Below are positions 9,424 through 19,231 of a stretch of DNA of 64,000 nucleotides, piece after piece; the first letter of the stretch is position 1; every line of letters begins with the position of its first letter. The notes under the pieces were generated by a model. The model saw nothing but the letters and a program-made list of their open reading frames with translations, searched no databases and had not been told where the DNA came from. The stretch spans positions 704,001-768,000 of the forward strand of contig OZ223481.1 in the NCBI GenBank assembly GCA_965140785.1, in the 5' to 3' direction. The DNA is from an uncultured Ruficoccus sp. GTDB lineage: Bacteria; Verrucomicrobiota; Verrucomicrobiia; Opitutales; Cerasicoccaceae. The translations under genes and the position numbers were made by a program.

Positions 9424-9588
9424 GAAATATTCTTCTTCCATGGCCCGTCTCTTTCCCCATTCGATTTCTGCGCCGCAAAGCGCGTGGTGCTTGGGGCGAG
9501 GTCAATCGCTTCGCTTCGTCCCGCAGAGACCGCTCCGAAACGTGCGCCTCCGTGTCTCGCTATGCCCGCACGTGCTTCAAAACGGCTC

Positions 9589-9963
9589 CTACGGGTGAAA
9601 GTAACCGTACACGATGATCTCGTGGCCGATGTACTCGAAATTCTTCGGGATGTCCTTTAGCTCAACCTCGACCGGTTTGGTAGCGAGCCAGTGGATTTGC
9701 CCGGTGCGCTGGCAGACCAGGATGGGGAACTTGCTCTGCCGGGGGAGGGTGTAGCAGGTGGCGAGTCCCGGGATCTCGAGCTTTTCCACGACCCCCTCTT
9801 CAAGCATGATCCGCAGATTGCGGTAAACAGTAGCTATTCCCAGGCTGTTACATTCTTCCTGCGCTAGTTCCTGGATTTCTTTCGGCTTAAGGGGGCGGTC
9901 TTGGGACTGTAGAGCATTTCGGATGGCTGTTCGCTGGCGGGTTTCTCTGACCGATGATGGCAT
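9589..9963 (-). CDS. Fur-family transcriptional regulator (atypical)
   Basis: TRQR..I and LGIATVYRNL winged helix; HEIIVYG tail; lacks HHH and CxxC motifs. Confidence 0.85.
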   Translation of the reverse strand: MPSSVRETRQRTAIRNALQSQDRPLKPKEIQELAQEECNSLGIATVYRNLRIMLEEGVVEKLEIPGLATCYTLPRQSKFPILVCQRTGQIHWLATKPVEVELKDIPKNFEYIGHEIIVYGYFHP

Positions 9964-10268
9964 GGATGCAAAAAGGCTTCTGCTCAGGTTGTAAAAGGCC
10001 TGTCGGTTTCTAAAATGGGAAAACCCGGCCCTGCGTTTTAAGTAATTTAGTGATTAGATATTATTTTATCATATAAATTATGGGGTGAGTCAGAACCGTC
10101 AACCCATTAATCATATATCGCTTTAATAAATGGATACTTCTATTTTTATATTAATTCTGACTTTTTTTATCAGCTTTTAATGCCGAATGTAAGCTAACGA
10201 AAAAATGATGAGATGGATGTTCCCGGAAATCTGTTCGGTCACCCATTTTTTAGCGGCTTTTTTCGCTT

Positions 10269-10754
10269 CTATAAAATCCGCGGAGTGAGGAACCACTCCA
10301 GTGTCCATTCCCCAAAGGGGAGAGCGTGGCTGGGCGGGCACTGGCGCCGCAGGCACAGCAGTCCGGCTTTTTTGAACGTGATCAGGCCGCCCTCGCGGGA
10401 CTGGCGCATCAGTCCATCGGCCAGGATGGAGAGGTGGGGGTTGTGGCCGATGAGCATCTTGTCCGTTTCGGCTTCGGCCAGCTCCTTGAGCCAGGTAAAG
10501 GGATTGTCGCCCGGTCGCAGGCCGGAGCGCTCCAGCAGGGGTTGGGAGAGCTCCAGGTTCTCCTTGAAAAGCTCCGCTGTCTGGACGGCGCGGGTCAGTG
10601 GGCTGTGGAAAAGTTTTTCCACCCCATCGAATTCGTTTCGCTTGAGGGTCTGACAAAGTTTGCGGATAGATTTCTCACCTTTGGCGGTGAGTTTTCGGCT
10701 CTCGTCCGGGGCGGTGTCTTCGGCCTCGGCGTGACGCAGCAGATACAGTCGCAT
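10269..10754 (-). CDS. sixA: Phosphohistidine phosphatase SixA
   Basis: LLRHAEA, SPLTRAVQTA and GHNP motifs. Confidence 0.92.
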   Translation of the reverse strand: MRLYLLRHAEAEDTAPDESRKLTAKGEKSIRKLCQTLKRNEFDGVEKLFHSPLTRAVQTAELFKENLELSQPLLERSGLRPGDNPFTWLKELAEAETDKMLIGHNPHLSILADGLMRQSREGGLITFKKAGLLCLRRQCPPSHALPFGEWTLEWFLTPRIL

Positions 10755-10944
10755 AGGGTTGTATTGTGTTCGAGTGAACTGACTTGCGCAATCCCTGAGT
10801 CGTAGGGATAAGCCTTGCCATTATGATAAATTAGAATTCGTTGTGAGGGCTTGTGTAACGCAACTGCCTTGCAGATAGGGACTTTTAAAGAAAGAAACGT
10901 TTTCGGTGTTGCATTTTCGTAACTTTTGGATTTATAAAGAACCT

Positions 10945-11044
10945 ATAATTTACATGCTTTCACCCTTTCCCGGTTAACACCGAAGGAATGATAAAACAGT
11001 AGAGATGGCGGGAGGCCCCCAGGGATGGGGGCCTCTATTTTTTT
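10945..11044 (+). ncRNA. Candidate small RNA between sixA and pdxH
   Basis: TTGCAT(10909)-18 bp-TATAAA(10933) promoter-like site; GAGGCCCCC/GGGGGCCTC hairpin plus T-tract at 11012-11044 on +, while both flanking genes are on -. Confidence 0.35.
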
Positions 11045-11235
11045 GTGGGGTTAAAAGGGCCCGGGCCGTGACTTTTTTCCAACGATGTGCCGGAGGATGG
11101 CAGCAGGTCTTTTGCCCGCGGGAGCTTGTCGCTGGGCCCCGAATCCTTCGATTGCAGACACGATGCCATCGGCATCGAAACTGCAGGCTCTGCCTGTCGT
11201 AGGTGTGGGCTGCGTAAGCCCGCAGAACATTCTGC

Positions 11236-11874
11236 CTAGGGGGCCAGACGCTCGATTTTCCAGGTCTCGCTGTCAAGCGGGGTGTACTGGAGCCGGTCGT
11301 GGAGGCGGTTCTCGCGCCCCTGCCAGAACTCAAAAAGCGCGGGCTGCACCCGGTAGCCGCCCCAGAAGGAGGGCAGCGGCACCTCGCCGCCGGCGAATTT
11401 GCGCTTCATCTCGTCGAGCTTCATCTCCAAAATCTTGCGCGAGGAAATGACGTGGCTCTGGTGCGAAACCCAGGCCCCAAGCCGGCTGCCGAAGGGGCGA
11501 CTGGCGAAGTAGCGCAGTGACTCGGCGGCCCCGATTTTCTCGGCCCGTCCCTGGATCTTGACCTGCCGCTCCAGATCCAGCCAGGAAAAGAGCAGGCACA
11601 CCTCGGGGTTGTGGGAGATGTCCTCAGCCTTGGAGCTGGCGTAGTTGGTGTAAAAGACGAAGCCCTTGCTGTCGTAGGCTTTGAGCAGGACGGTGCGCAG
11701 GCTGGGCTGGCCCTTGTTGTTGACCGTGGCCAGGGCCATGGCGTTGGGCTCGGCCAGGTCGGCCTGGAGGGCCTGCTCGAACCACTGCCGGAATTGTTTA
11801 AAGGGGTCCGGATCGGCGCTCTCCTCGGAAAGCCCGCTACGGGTGTAGTTGCGGCGCATGTCGGCCAGATTCAT
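11236..11874 (-). CDS. pdxH: Pyridoxamine 5'-phosphate oxidase
   Basis: [38 protein letters not shown]. Confidence 0.96.
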   Translation of the reverse strand: MNLADMRRNYTRSGLSEESADPDPFKQFRQWFEQALQADLAEPNAMALATVNNKGQPSLRTVLLKAYDSKGFVFYTNYASSKAEDISHNPEVCLLFSWLDLERQVKIQGRAEKIGAAESLRYFASRPFGSRLGAWVSHQSHVISSRKILEMKLDEMKRKFAGGEVPLPSFWGGYRVQPALFEFWQGRENRLHDRLQYTPLDSETWKIERLAP

Positions 11875-11947
11875 CCGGCCTACTGTGAAGACGCATTCCC
11901 CCGCTGGCAAGCCGACAGGGCATTCCTCGCTCAGCGCCTGTGAGGGG

Positions 11948-12130
11948 TCAGTCCTTGCGCTTGGGGACGAGCTTGCCCTTTTTCACAGTCGGGCAGGCGC
12001 AGTCGGAGCTGCAGCAGCCTTTCGAGCGGGCCTTGCGCACCATTTGCCAGCAGAAAAACACCAGCGTCACCGCGACGATGCCGAGCGCGATCAGTTCCTG
12101 TGTGTCCAGTTGCGTGCCGAAAATTTCCAT
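11948..12130 (-). CDS. FeoB-associated small Cys-rich membrane protein
   Basis: One TM helix followed by GCCSSDCAC; directly downstream of feoB. Confidence 0.75.
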   Translation of the reverse strand: MEIFGTQLDTQELIALGIVAVTLVFFCWQMVRKARSKGCCSSDCACPTVKKGKLVPKRKD

Positions 12131-12177
12131 GGGGGTCGAGGCTCAGGTTGGTAGAGGAGGAAGGGCTGGTGCCATGT

Positions 12178-14286
12178 TTAGCTGAAGCCCAGCAGGTGTC
12201 CGCCTTGATAGATGAGGAGGGCTGCGATATAGGCGACGGCGGTCATGTAGCCGAGCTGGAACAGCGGCCATCGCCAGGAGTTCGTCTCTCGTTTTACGAC
12301 GGCGACCGTACTCAGGCATTGCAAGGAGAAGACATAAAAGACCATCAGCGAAAGACACGTCAGGGGCGTGAAGACCGCCGCCCCGTCGGGGCGTCTCTCA
12401 CTCTGGAGTACCTGGGCGAGCGAGCCGGTATCCTCGCCCTCGTCGCCAACCTTGTAGATGATCGCCATGGTGCTGACGAAGACCTCGCGGGCGGCGAACG
12501 AGGCCAGCAGGCCGATGTTGATCTTCCAGTCGTAGCCGAGCGGATCGGTGACCGGGGTGAGCGCGTGGCCGACCTGGCCGGCGAAGCTCTGCGAGATCTC
12601 CGTCTCGCCCAGGTCGTTTTTCGGATAGGAGACGAAGAACCACAGCAGGATCGACACCCCGAGGATGATCGTCCCGGCCTTGCGCAGAAAGAGCTTGGCC
12701 CGCTCGAACATGTCCATCAGCACCGAGCGGGTGGTGGGCAGGCGGTAGGGCGGCATCTCCATGATCAGCGTGGGGCTCTCGCCCCGCATCAGGGTCTTTT
12801 TGAAAATCCAGGCGAAGACGAAGGCCGACACCGTCCCGAGCGCATAGACGAAGAACATGAGCGCGGTCTTGATCCAGGGCGCGCCGGGGGCCAGCGCGGC
12901 GATCATGAGAAAATAAACCGGCAGGCGGGCCGAACAGCTCATCCAGGGCGCCACCAGGATCGTCACGAAGCGGTCCTTGCGCGAGTCGATGGTACGCGCG
13001 GCCATGATGCCGGGGATGGCGCAGGCGTAGGAGCTCAGCAGCGGGATAAAGGACTGGCCGTGCAGCCCGACCTTGTGCATGACGCGGTCCAGCAGAAAGG
13101 CCGCGCGGGCCATGTACCCGGTGCCCTCCAGCAGCGCGACGAAGAAAAACAAAATCAGAATCTGCGGCAGGAAGATGACCACCCCGCCGACCCCGGCGAT
13201 CATGCCGTCTACGATCAGGTCGCGCAGGGTGCCCGCGGGCATGTGCGTCTGCACGGCCTCACCCAGCCAGCCGAAAGCCCCATCAATCCAGTCCATCGGG
13301 ATGCTCGAAAGCGTGAAGATGGTATAAAAAATCGTCGCCATGATCAGGCTGAGAAAAAACCAGCCGCCGATCGGGTGCAGGAGCACGGCGTCAATCCGGT
13401 CCGTCAGGGTGGGGGCCTTTTCCGGGCCGCGCTGGACGGCCTCGCGGGAGATTTTACCCAGCTGCACATAGCGCTCGCCGACGAGTTTCTCCTTCCAGGT
13501 CGGGTCGGTGGCGGAAAGTTTACGCGTCCACTCGGCGGCGAACTCCCGGGCCGCGATGGGCTGCTCCATGACGTTGCGGTGAAGCTCGTCCGGAGTGGCC
13601 TCGGTCAGCAGGAGCCAGGCCTCGGCGCGGGCCTGGGCCTGTGTCATGTCGCAGAGTTCGCGCAGGCGCGAGGCGGTCTCATCGAGGGCGAGCTGGAAGT
13701 CCTCCGGCAAGGCGAAGCGCCATTTGGGCAGCGGAAGGTTCTCCCGACTCATGGCCAGGCGCAGCTCGGTCAGACCCTTGCCGGTGCGGGCCTGAGTCTG
13801 GACCACGGTGACCCCGAGGGCGTCCTCCAGGACTTTGGCGTCGATGCTTACCCCAGCCGCATTGGCGTCATCAATCATGTTGAGAACGAGGATGACGGGC
13901 AGGCCCAGCTCCAGGAGCTGGGTGGTCAGAAAGAGGTGGCGCTCCAGGTTCGTGGCATCGGCCACGCAGATGATGCCGCTGGGGCGGGGCGTGTCGGTAC
14001 GCCGACCCATCAGGATGTCCTGAGTGATGGCCTCGTCCGGCGAATGCGCGGTAATGGTGTAGGCCCCCGGCAGGTCGATCAGGCGCAGGGGCTTGCCGTG
14101 CTGCGAGTAGCACACGCCCTCCTTGCGTTCGACGGTGACGCCCGGATAGTTCCCGACCTTCTGGCGAAGTCCGGTCAGGCCGTTAAAGAGCGTGGTTTTG
14201 CCGGAGTTGGGATTGCCGACGACGACGAAGACTTTCTCCGCAGTCGGAACCTTGGGCGCGGCAGGCGGCTGGGCGGTGGTAGGCAT
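12178..14286 (-). CDS. feoB: Ferrous iron transport protein B
   Basis: GNPNSGKTT, NYPGVTVE, DLPG, MSCSARLPVY; gate domains. Confidence 0.97.
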   Translation of the reverse strand: MPTTAQPPAAPKVPTAEKVFVVVGNPNSGKTTLFNGLTGLRQKVGNYPGVTVERKEGVCYSQHGKPLRLIDLPGAYTITAHSPDEAITQDILMGRRTDTPRPSGIICVADATNLERHLFLTTQLLELGLPVILVLNMIDDANAAGVSIDAKVLEDALGVTVVQTQARTGKGLTELRLAMSRENLPLPKWRFALPEDFQLALDETASRLRELCDMTQAQARAEAWLLLTEATPDELHRNVMEQPIAAREFAAEWTRKLSATDPTWKEKLVGERYVQLGKISREAVQRGPEKAPTLTDRIDAVLLHPIGGWFFLSLIMATIFYTIFTLSSIPMDWIDGAFGWLGEAVQTHMPAGTLRDLIVDGMIAGVGGVVIFLPQILILFFFVALLEGTGYMARAAFLLDRVMHKVGLHGQSFIPLLSSYACAIPGIMAARTIDSRKDRFVTILVAPWMSCSARLPVYFLMIAALAPGAPWIKTALMFFVYALGTVSAFVFAWIFKKTLMRGESPTLIMEMPPYRLPTTRSVLMDMFERAKLFLRKAGTIILGVSILLWFFVSYPKNDLGETEISQSFAGQVGHALTPVTDPLGYDWKINIGLLASFAAREVFVSTMAIIYKVGDEGEDTGSLAQVLQSERRPDGAAVFTPLTCLSLMVFYVFSLQCLSTVAVVKRETNSWRWPLFQLGYMTAVAYIAALLIYQGGHLLGFS

Positions 14287-14292
14287 CGGACC

Positions 14293-14529
14293 TTAGGCGC
14301 GGCGCACTTCGATGGCGCAGGCTTCGGTTTTGCGCAGGCACAGGTGGAAGCCCGGCAGCTTGATCTCGATGGGATCGCCCAGCGGCGAAATGCGGACGAC
14401 CTGAAGGTTTTGCCCCGGCGTCAGCCCCAGCTCATGCAGGCGCAGGAGAGTGCCGTTGCGGGCATTAAAGGAGTCGAGAATCCCGGCTTCGCCCGGTTTC
14501 ATCTCGGAGAGTGTGCAGGTACTTGCCAT
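14293..14529 (-). CDS. feoA: Ferrous iron transport protein A
   Basis: RLHELGLTPG...PLGDPI SH3-like motif upstream of feoB. Confidence 0.94.
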   Translation of the reverse strand: MASTCTLSEMKPGEAGILDSFNARNGTLLRLHELGLTPGQNLQVVRISPLGDPIEIKLPGFHLCLRKTEACAIEVRRA

Positions 14530-14554
14530 CGTAGTTATTATTTATAGTTGGGCG

Positions 14555-14574
14555 AATGAGACCCGTTTTCAATT
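14555..14574 (-). promoter_or_regulatory. Putative Fur box upstream of feoA
   Basis: Minus strand AATTGAAAACGGGTCTCATT, an imperfect TTGA..TCAA-type dyad about 25 bp upstream of feoA. Confidence 0.5.
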
Positions 14575-14607
14575 ATTTTCTTTCGATGCGTCCTAAAAGT
14601 AGATTTT

Positions 14608-15093
14608 CTAATGACGAGTGAGGGCAAGAATATCATCTGTCCACGTTGGGTAGGCGGCGCTCAGCGCGTCGCGTTGGCCCAGCTCGAAGCCCTCCCAGGT
14701 GAAGCCAGGGGCGGAGCAGGTGGTGAAAAGCGCGTAACCGGAGGTGCCGCCTGCGGCCAAGCGACAGCCTTGCCAGCTCTGAGCCGGGACCAGGGCGAAC
14801 GGTGATTCTCCCGCAACCGGATCGGCCCCCAGGCGGAGCTTTTTCCCGCTGCCGTCCGGGGCGAGCTGGAGCATTTCGACCGCATCCCCGCCGTGAAAGT
14901 GAAACGTCTCCTCCTGGTCGAGCCGGTGCAGGGCCGAAAAGTCCGCGGGTGTGATCAGGTAGTAGATGCAGGTGGACAGCGGGCGGTCCGTGGCCGGCAC
15001 CGTGGCCGGGTGGGTGTGGACGCGGCGGAAGTACCCGCCCTCATCGGGAAGCGGCTCCAGCTCCAGTACGCGTATGATACTTGCGGCGTCCAT
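14608..15093 (-). CDS. Cupin domain protein (Cupin_5/DUF985 type)
   Basis: EGGYFRR, STCIYYL, FSALHRL, APGF..EGFE. Confidence 0.9.
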   Translation of the reverse strand: MDAASIIRVLELEPLPDEGGYFRRVHTHPATVPATDRPLSTCIYYLITPADFSALHRLDQEETFHFHGGDAVEMLQLAPDGSGKKLRLGADPVAGESPFALVPAQSWQGCRLAAGGTSGYALFTTCSAPGFTWEGFELGQRDALSAAYPTWTDDILALTRH

Positions 15094-15369
15094 GTGGTTA
15101 AAATTCCGCCCTGTTTATTGCAGGGGGCGTGCCAGTCGGGCGATACTGAGTCTCTATAGACTCGGCGACAAGCGTTCTTTACTTCCGCTTATTGGCACCT
15201 TTAGCAAACGTAAACTCAACCTCCGTTTTCTGGCGGGCGAGAAGCTTTTTCAAGGCCGGACCGGGGGAAGAAGGCGGATCGGAGCTTGAAGTCAGGCCGT
15301 TTTTCGTTTCATTTAAAGACAGAACACGCCATCCCCGCCCCAACCCCTATCTATTTGATTCCTAGGACC

Positions 15370-15600
15370 ATGGAGATCCAATCCTTTATCGAAAACTTCG
15401 CGGATGCCATCGACGGGCTCGAGCCCGATGGCCTCACCAAGCAGACGCCCTTCCGCGAACTGGAACAATGGGATTCGCTGGCCTTTCTGAGCGTCTTGGC
15501 CATGATCGACGCCGAGTACGGCGTCGAAGTCCCCGGCGACGAGCTCCTGACCTGCGATACGCTGGACGAGCTTTTCGAAATCGTGGCGGACAAACAATAA
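15370..15600 (+). CDS. Acyl carrier protein
   Basis: Acidic 76-aa protein with WDSL phosphopantetheine site. Confidence 0.9.
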   Translation: MEIQSFIENFADAIDGLEPDGLTKQTPFRELEQWDSLAFLSVLAMIDAEYGVEVPGDELLTCDTLDELFEIVADKQ

Positions 15601-15605
15601 TCCCC

Positions 15606-16343
15606 GTGTCCGAGCTAGCCCACAAGCGCATCCTCATCTGCGGCGCCTCTTCAGGCATCGGACGGGTATGCGCCCTGGCTGCCGCGCAGGCCGGCGCCAC
15701 CCTCATGCTTAACGGACGGGACCGCGCCCGGCTGGAGGAGACGCTCGCGGCGCTGCCCGGAGAGGGGCATACCGTGCACGCAGCCGACCTGACCGACGCC
15801 GATGCCCGACAGGCCCTCGCCGCCGCTGCGCCAGAACTCGACGGAGTGGTTTTTTCAGCGGGCATGCACCGGATCAAACCGGTCAAATTTCTCGACGACA
15901 GCGCCTGGGAGGAAAGCTTCGGCATCAATCACCGCGCCCCCTGCCTGCTGACGGCGGCCCTGCTCAAGGCGAAAAAAATCAAGCCCGCCGCTTCTCTGGT
16001 CTATCTCGGCTCGATCGCGGCGGAGGCGGCCACGGTGGGCAACGCCCTCTACGCCGGTTCCAAGGGCGCGCTCCTCTCCAGTGTCCGCGTGCTGGCGCTG
16101 GAGCTGGCCCGTCAGGGAGTCCGCGCCAATGTCGTTTCCCCCGGCCAGGTCCAGACCGCCATGGTCGAGGCCAACGCCGCTCAGATCTCGGCCGAGGCTC
16201 TGGAGCAGAACGCCTCCCTTTACCCGCTCGGTCCGGGCACGCCGGAGCAGGTGGCCGACGCGGTCCTCTTTTTACTCAGCTCACGTGCGGCCTGGATCAC
16301 AGGCCAGAACTTGGTCGTCGATGGCGGCTACACCCTCAAATAA
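15606..16343 (+). CDS. SDR oxidoreductase (FabG-like)
   Basis: GASSGIG, YAGSK, VDGG; probable GTG start. Confidence 0.92.
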   Translation: MSELAHKRILICGASSGIGRVCALAAAQAGATLMLNGRDRARLEETLAALPGEGHTVHAADLTDADARQALAAAAPELDGVVFSAGMHRIKPVKFLDDSAWEESFGINHRAPCLLTAALLKAKKIKPAASLVYLGSIAAEAATVGNALYAGSKGALLSSVRVLALELARQGVRANVVSPGQVQTAMVEANAAQISAEALEQNASLYPLGPGTPEQVADAVLFLLSSRAAWITGQNLVVDGGYTLK

Positions 16344-16349
16344 AACGCG

Positions 16350-17000
16350 ATGCAGGAACTACTCATACTCGGAGCCGGCGGCATGGCCCGCGAAGTCTGG
16401 TGCTACCTCGAGCACCGGATCGCGGAAGACCCGCACTTCGCCGCGACTTATCACCTCAAAGGCTTTCTCGACGACGACCCGCAGGCGCTCGAAGGCTACG
16501 ATTACCCCGCCGGGGTGGTCGGGAGCATCGCCGACTACGTGCCGCAGGACCACCAGATGCTGGTTTGTGCGCTGGGCTCGCCCGCCGCCAAGGCCAAAGT
16601 TTGCCCGGACCTGAAAAAACGCGGGGCGCGCTTCCTCACCTTTACCCACCCGACCGCCATTATCGGGCGCAATGCCGTGCTGGGCGAGGGCGTCGTGCTG
16701 GCCCCGCACACCCAGGTCTCCTCTGACGCGCGGATGGGGGACTTCTCCTTTCTCAACTGCCACACCACCTGTGGGCACGACGCGCAGGTGGGCGCCTTCT
16801 GCACCGTCAGCTCGTACTGCGACCTGACCGGTTTCGTCGAGCTGGGTGAACGGGTCTTCGTGGGTTCGCACGCCACCGTCATCCCCGGTCGCCGCGTCGG
16901 TGACGGGGTCACCATCGGAGCCGGATCGAGCGTGGTAAGTCACCTACCCGCCAATTGCCGTGTGATCGGCGTCCCGGCCAAACCTTTTATGAGAGAGTAA
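16350..17000 (+). CDS. Sugar N/O-acyltransferase, NeuD/PglD/VioB hexapeptide family
   Basis: N-terminal GAGG Rossmann-like domain, left-handed beta-helix repeats, GVPAK. Confidence 0.9.
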   Translation: MQELLILGAGGMAREVWCYLEHRIAEDPHFAATYHLKGFLDDDPQALEGYDYPAGVVGSIADYVPQDHQMLVCALGSPAAKAKVCPDLKKRGARFLTFTHPTAIIGRNAVLGEGVVLAPHTQVSSDARMGDFSFLNCHTTCGHDAQVGAFCTVSSYCDLTGFVELGERVFVGSHATVIPGRRVGDGVTIGAGSSVVSHLPANCRVIGVPAKPFMRE

Positions 17001-17004
17001 CGCC

Positions 17005-18081
17005 ATGTCCGCTGTCCGCGCCACCCTCACCGCTATGCACTACTGCCTTCCGCCCCGCGTGCTGGGCCAGGAGGAGCTGGCCGTGCGTTTCGGCGCCAAG
17101 CAGGTCGAGAACATCGCCAAACTCTCCGGGGTGACCGAGCGCCGGGTGGCCGAGCCGGACGTTACCTCGGTCGATCTGGCCGAATGCGCCGCCCAGCGGC
17201 TGATGGCCGCGCACGGGATTGCGCCCGAGTCGATCGATTTTGTCCTTTTTGCCACCCAGACCGGAGATTACCAGCTCCCGGCTTCGGCCTGCGTCCTGCA
17301 CGGCAGGCTCGGCCTGGCCAAGACCTGTGGCGCGCTCGACATCGGGCTGGGCTGCTCGGCCTTTCCCTACGCCCTGAGCGTGGCCAACGGCCTCATCGCC
17401 ACCGGTGTGGCCAAGCGCATTCTTTTAATCAACGCCGACACCCTGACCAAGGTCATCCACCCGCAGGACCGCGGGCTGGTTCCGCTGCACGGGGACGGCG
17501 CGGTCGCCACCCTCCTGGAGCCCGCCAGCGGCGAGGACGGGTTGCTCGGCTTCGAGCTGGGAACGGACGGCTCCGGCTGCCAGCACTTGATCATCCCCGC
17601 CTCCGGCGCGAGAAATCCGCGCACCGCCGAGACCGCCCGCGAGGTTCCCGACGAGACTGGCTCGATCCACACCGCCGAGCACCTCCAGATGAACGGCCCG
17701 GCGGTTTTTCAATTCTCCATCCGCGAGACCCCCGCCGCCCTCAAGCGCGCCTTCGAGAAGTGGGGCGTCGCCCCCGCCGACCTCGACCTGCTCGTCCTGC
17801 ACCAAGCCAACAAGATGATGCTCGACCTCATTTATAAGAAGGCGGGCCTCGGGCCGGAGCAGCAGTTCCTCTTCATGGAAAAAATCGGCAACATGAGCGG
17901 CGCCTCCTCGCCCATGGCCTTGGCCGAGGCCTGGCGCAGCGGTCGGCTCAAGCCCGGCACGCTCATCGCCGTGGCCGCCTTTGGCGTCGGCCTGTCCTGG
18001 GGAGCCGCCCTCATCCGCCTGCCCGAAACCCTTACCGACTGCTCCGGGGCCGACGTCGAGTACGCGCCGCCAGAGGCGTGA
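17005..18081 (+). CDS. 3-oxoacyl-ACP synthase III-like (FabH family)
   Basis: Catalytic triad motifs LGCS, HQAN, GNMS; AFGVGLSWG. Confidence 0.93.
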   Translation: MSAVRATLTAMHYCLPPRVLGQEELAVRFGAKQVENIAKLSGVTERRVAEPDVTSVDLAECAAQRLMAAHGIAPESIDFVLFATQTGDYQLPASACVLHGRLGLAKTCGALDIGLGCSAFPYALSVANGLIATGVAKRILLINADTLTKVIHPQDRGLVPLHGDGAVATLLEPASGEDGLLGFELGTDGSGCQHLIIPASGARNPRTAETAREVPDETGSIHTAEHLQMNGPAVFQFSIRETPAALKRAFEKWGVAPADLDLLVLHQANKMMLDLIYKKAGLGPEQQFLFMEKIGNMSGASSPMALAEAWRSGRLKPGTLIAVAAFGVGLSWGAALIRLPETLTDCSGADVEYAPPEA

Positions 18082-18548
18082 AGTTCCCCATGGAGACGCC
18101 TGCTCCCCCCTTTACCCTGCACCACACCGGTTATCTGGTGGCGGATATCCCGGCAGCGGCGGAGCACTTCTGCCAACGACTGGGCTACCGGGTCGAGTCC
18201 GCGGTGATCGAAGATCCTATCCAGACCGCCCGCGTGCAGTTCCTGCGCCAGCCGGGCGCGCCGAGTTGGCTGGAGCTGGTCAGCCCCACCTCGGACAACA
18301 GCAAGCTCAGCGCCGCCCTGAAAAAAGGCGGCGGCCTGCACCACCTGTGCTACGAGGTGGCGGACCTGGCGGCGGCCTCGGCGCATCTGCGTGCCGGAGG
18401 GATGTTTCCCTTGGGTGAGCCGGTCCCGGCGACCGCCTTTCCGGGTCGGCGTATCGCCTGGTTCATGGACGCCCAGCGCCTGCTCGTCGAACTGGTCGAG
18501 GCAGGAAAGGGGCCGCTCTCGTTGGCTGCTTTGGCGGACGCGGAGTGA
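18078..18548 (+). CDS. VOC/glyoxalase-family protein (methylmalonyl-CoA epimerase-like)
   Basis: LHHTG, ELVSP, GLHHLCYEV, LVELVE. Confidence 0.88.
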   Translation: MKFPMETPAPPFTLHHTGYLVADIPAAAEHFCQRLGYRVESAVIEDPIQTARVQFLRQPGAPSWLELVSPTSDNSKLSAALKKGGGLHHLCYEVADLAAASAHLRAGGMFPLGEPVPATAFPGRRIAWFMDAQRLLVELVEAGKGPLSLAALADAE

Positions 18549-18628
18549 ACAGGGAAGAGGGTCTTCGCTTGCATAACCAGCACGATGGGGTTAGGCATGG
18601 CCTATCTCTATTCACCCCTGCCTGCCCC

Positions 18629-18862
18629 ATGAAGCCTAGCTCGCTCGCCGCTCTCGTTATCCGTTTCCTGGCCATCCTATTGGGAGCCTATGCCCTCTAC
18701 GGTTTTTATATCATTCTCCAGTTCACCGCCTTCCCCCGGAGCGGGGTGTGGCTACCGACAGGCCGGATGACCGTATTCTTCTCGGTGTGTCTGCTGGTGG
18801 CGGTTGTTCTGTGTTGGTTCAGTCGCCAGCTTGGCCAGTTAATCGCGCGGGGACTGGATTGA
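18629..18862 (+). CDS. Small hypothetical membrane protein
   Basis: 77 aa with two hydrophobic segments; fills the gap in the cluster. Confidence 0.5.
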   Translation: MKPSSLAALVIRFLAILLGAYALYGFYIILQFTAFPRSGVWLPTGRMTVFFSVCLLVAVVLCWFSRQLGQLIARGLD

Positions 18863-18950
18863 GGCGGTGTCGTTTCCAGCGTTGCCCGCCCGCGTTCCTT
18901 TCTATTATAGAGGGCGGAACATTTCCCCTCCCATGCCAGACTCCACCACC

Positions 18951-19178
18951 ATGTCCGATCCCCGCCTGCCGCGCCTGCAACGTATCTTCCGCGACGTGCT
19001 CGACGAGCCCGCGCTGCAATTGACCGAGGATTACGCGACCGCCGACCATCCCGAGTGGGACTCGGTCGCCATGGTGCAGATCGTGCTGGCGGTGGAGAGG
19101 GAGTTCGGCTGCGAGCTGGACATGGCCCAGGTGGCCGAGATCAAAGCCGTGCGCGACATCCTGCGCTTCCTGCCCTGA
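18951..19178 (+). CDS. Acyl carrier protein (FkbH-associated)
   Basis: IFRDVLD...WDSVAMVQIVLAVEREFG. Confidence 0.88.
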   Translation: MSDPRLPRLQRIFRDVLDEPALQLTEDYATADHPEWDSVAMVQIVLAVEREFGCELDMAQVAEIKAVRDILRFLP

Positions 19179-19231
19179 GTTTTTTCCAATCATCAAGCCC
19201 GCCGCTCCGAGTTCCTCAATCGTCTGCCGCC

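Noticed and set aside
9520..9590. Stem-loop (ACGTGCG/CGCACGT) between the Fur-like gene and znuA as a possible riboswitch
   Set aside because: No recognisable aptamer consensus; more likely a REP-like element or chance
12100..14547. 815-aa + strand ORF, and similar long antisense ORFs (4189-5682, 48016-49815, 62343-63551)
   Set aside because: Shadow frames opposite feoB, hrpB, thiC and the OMF gene, typical of high-GC DNA; no motifs
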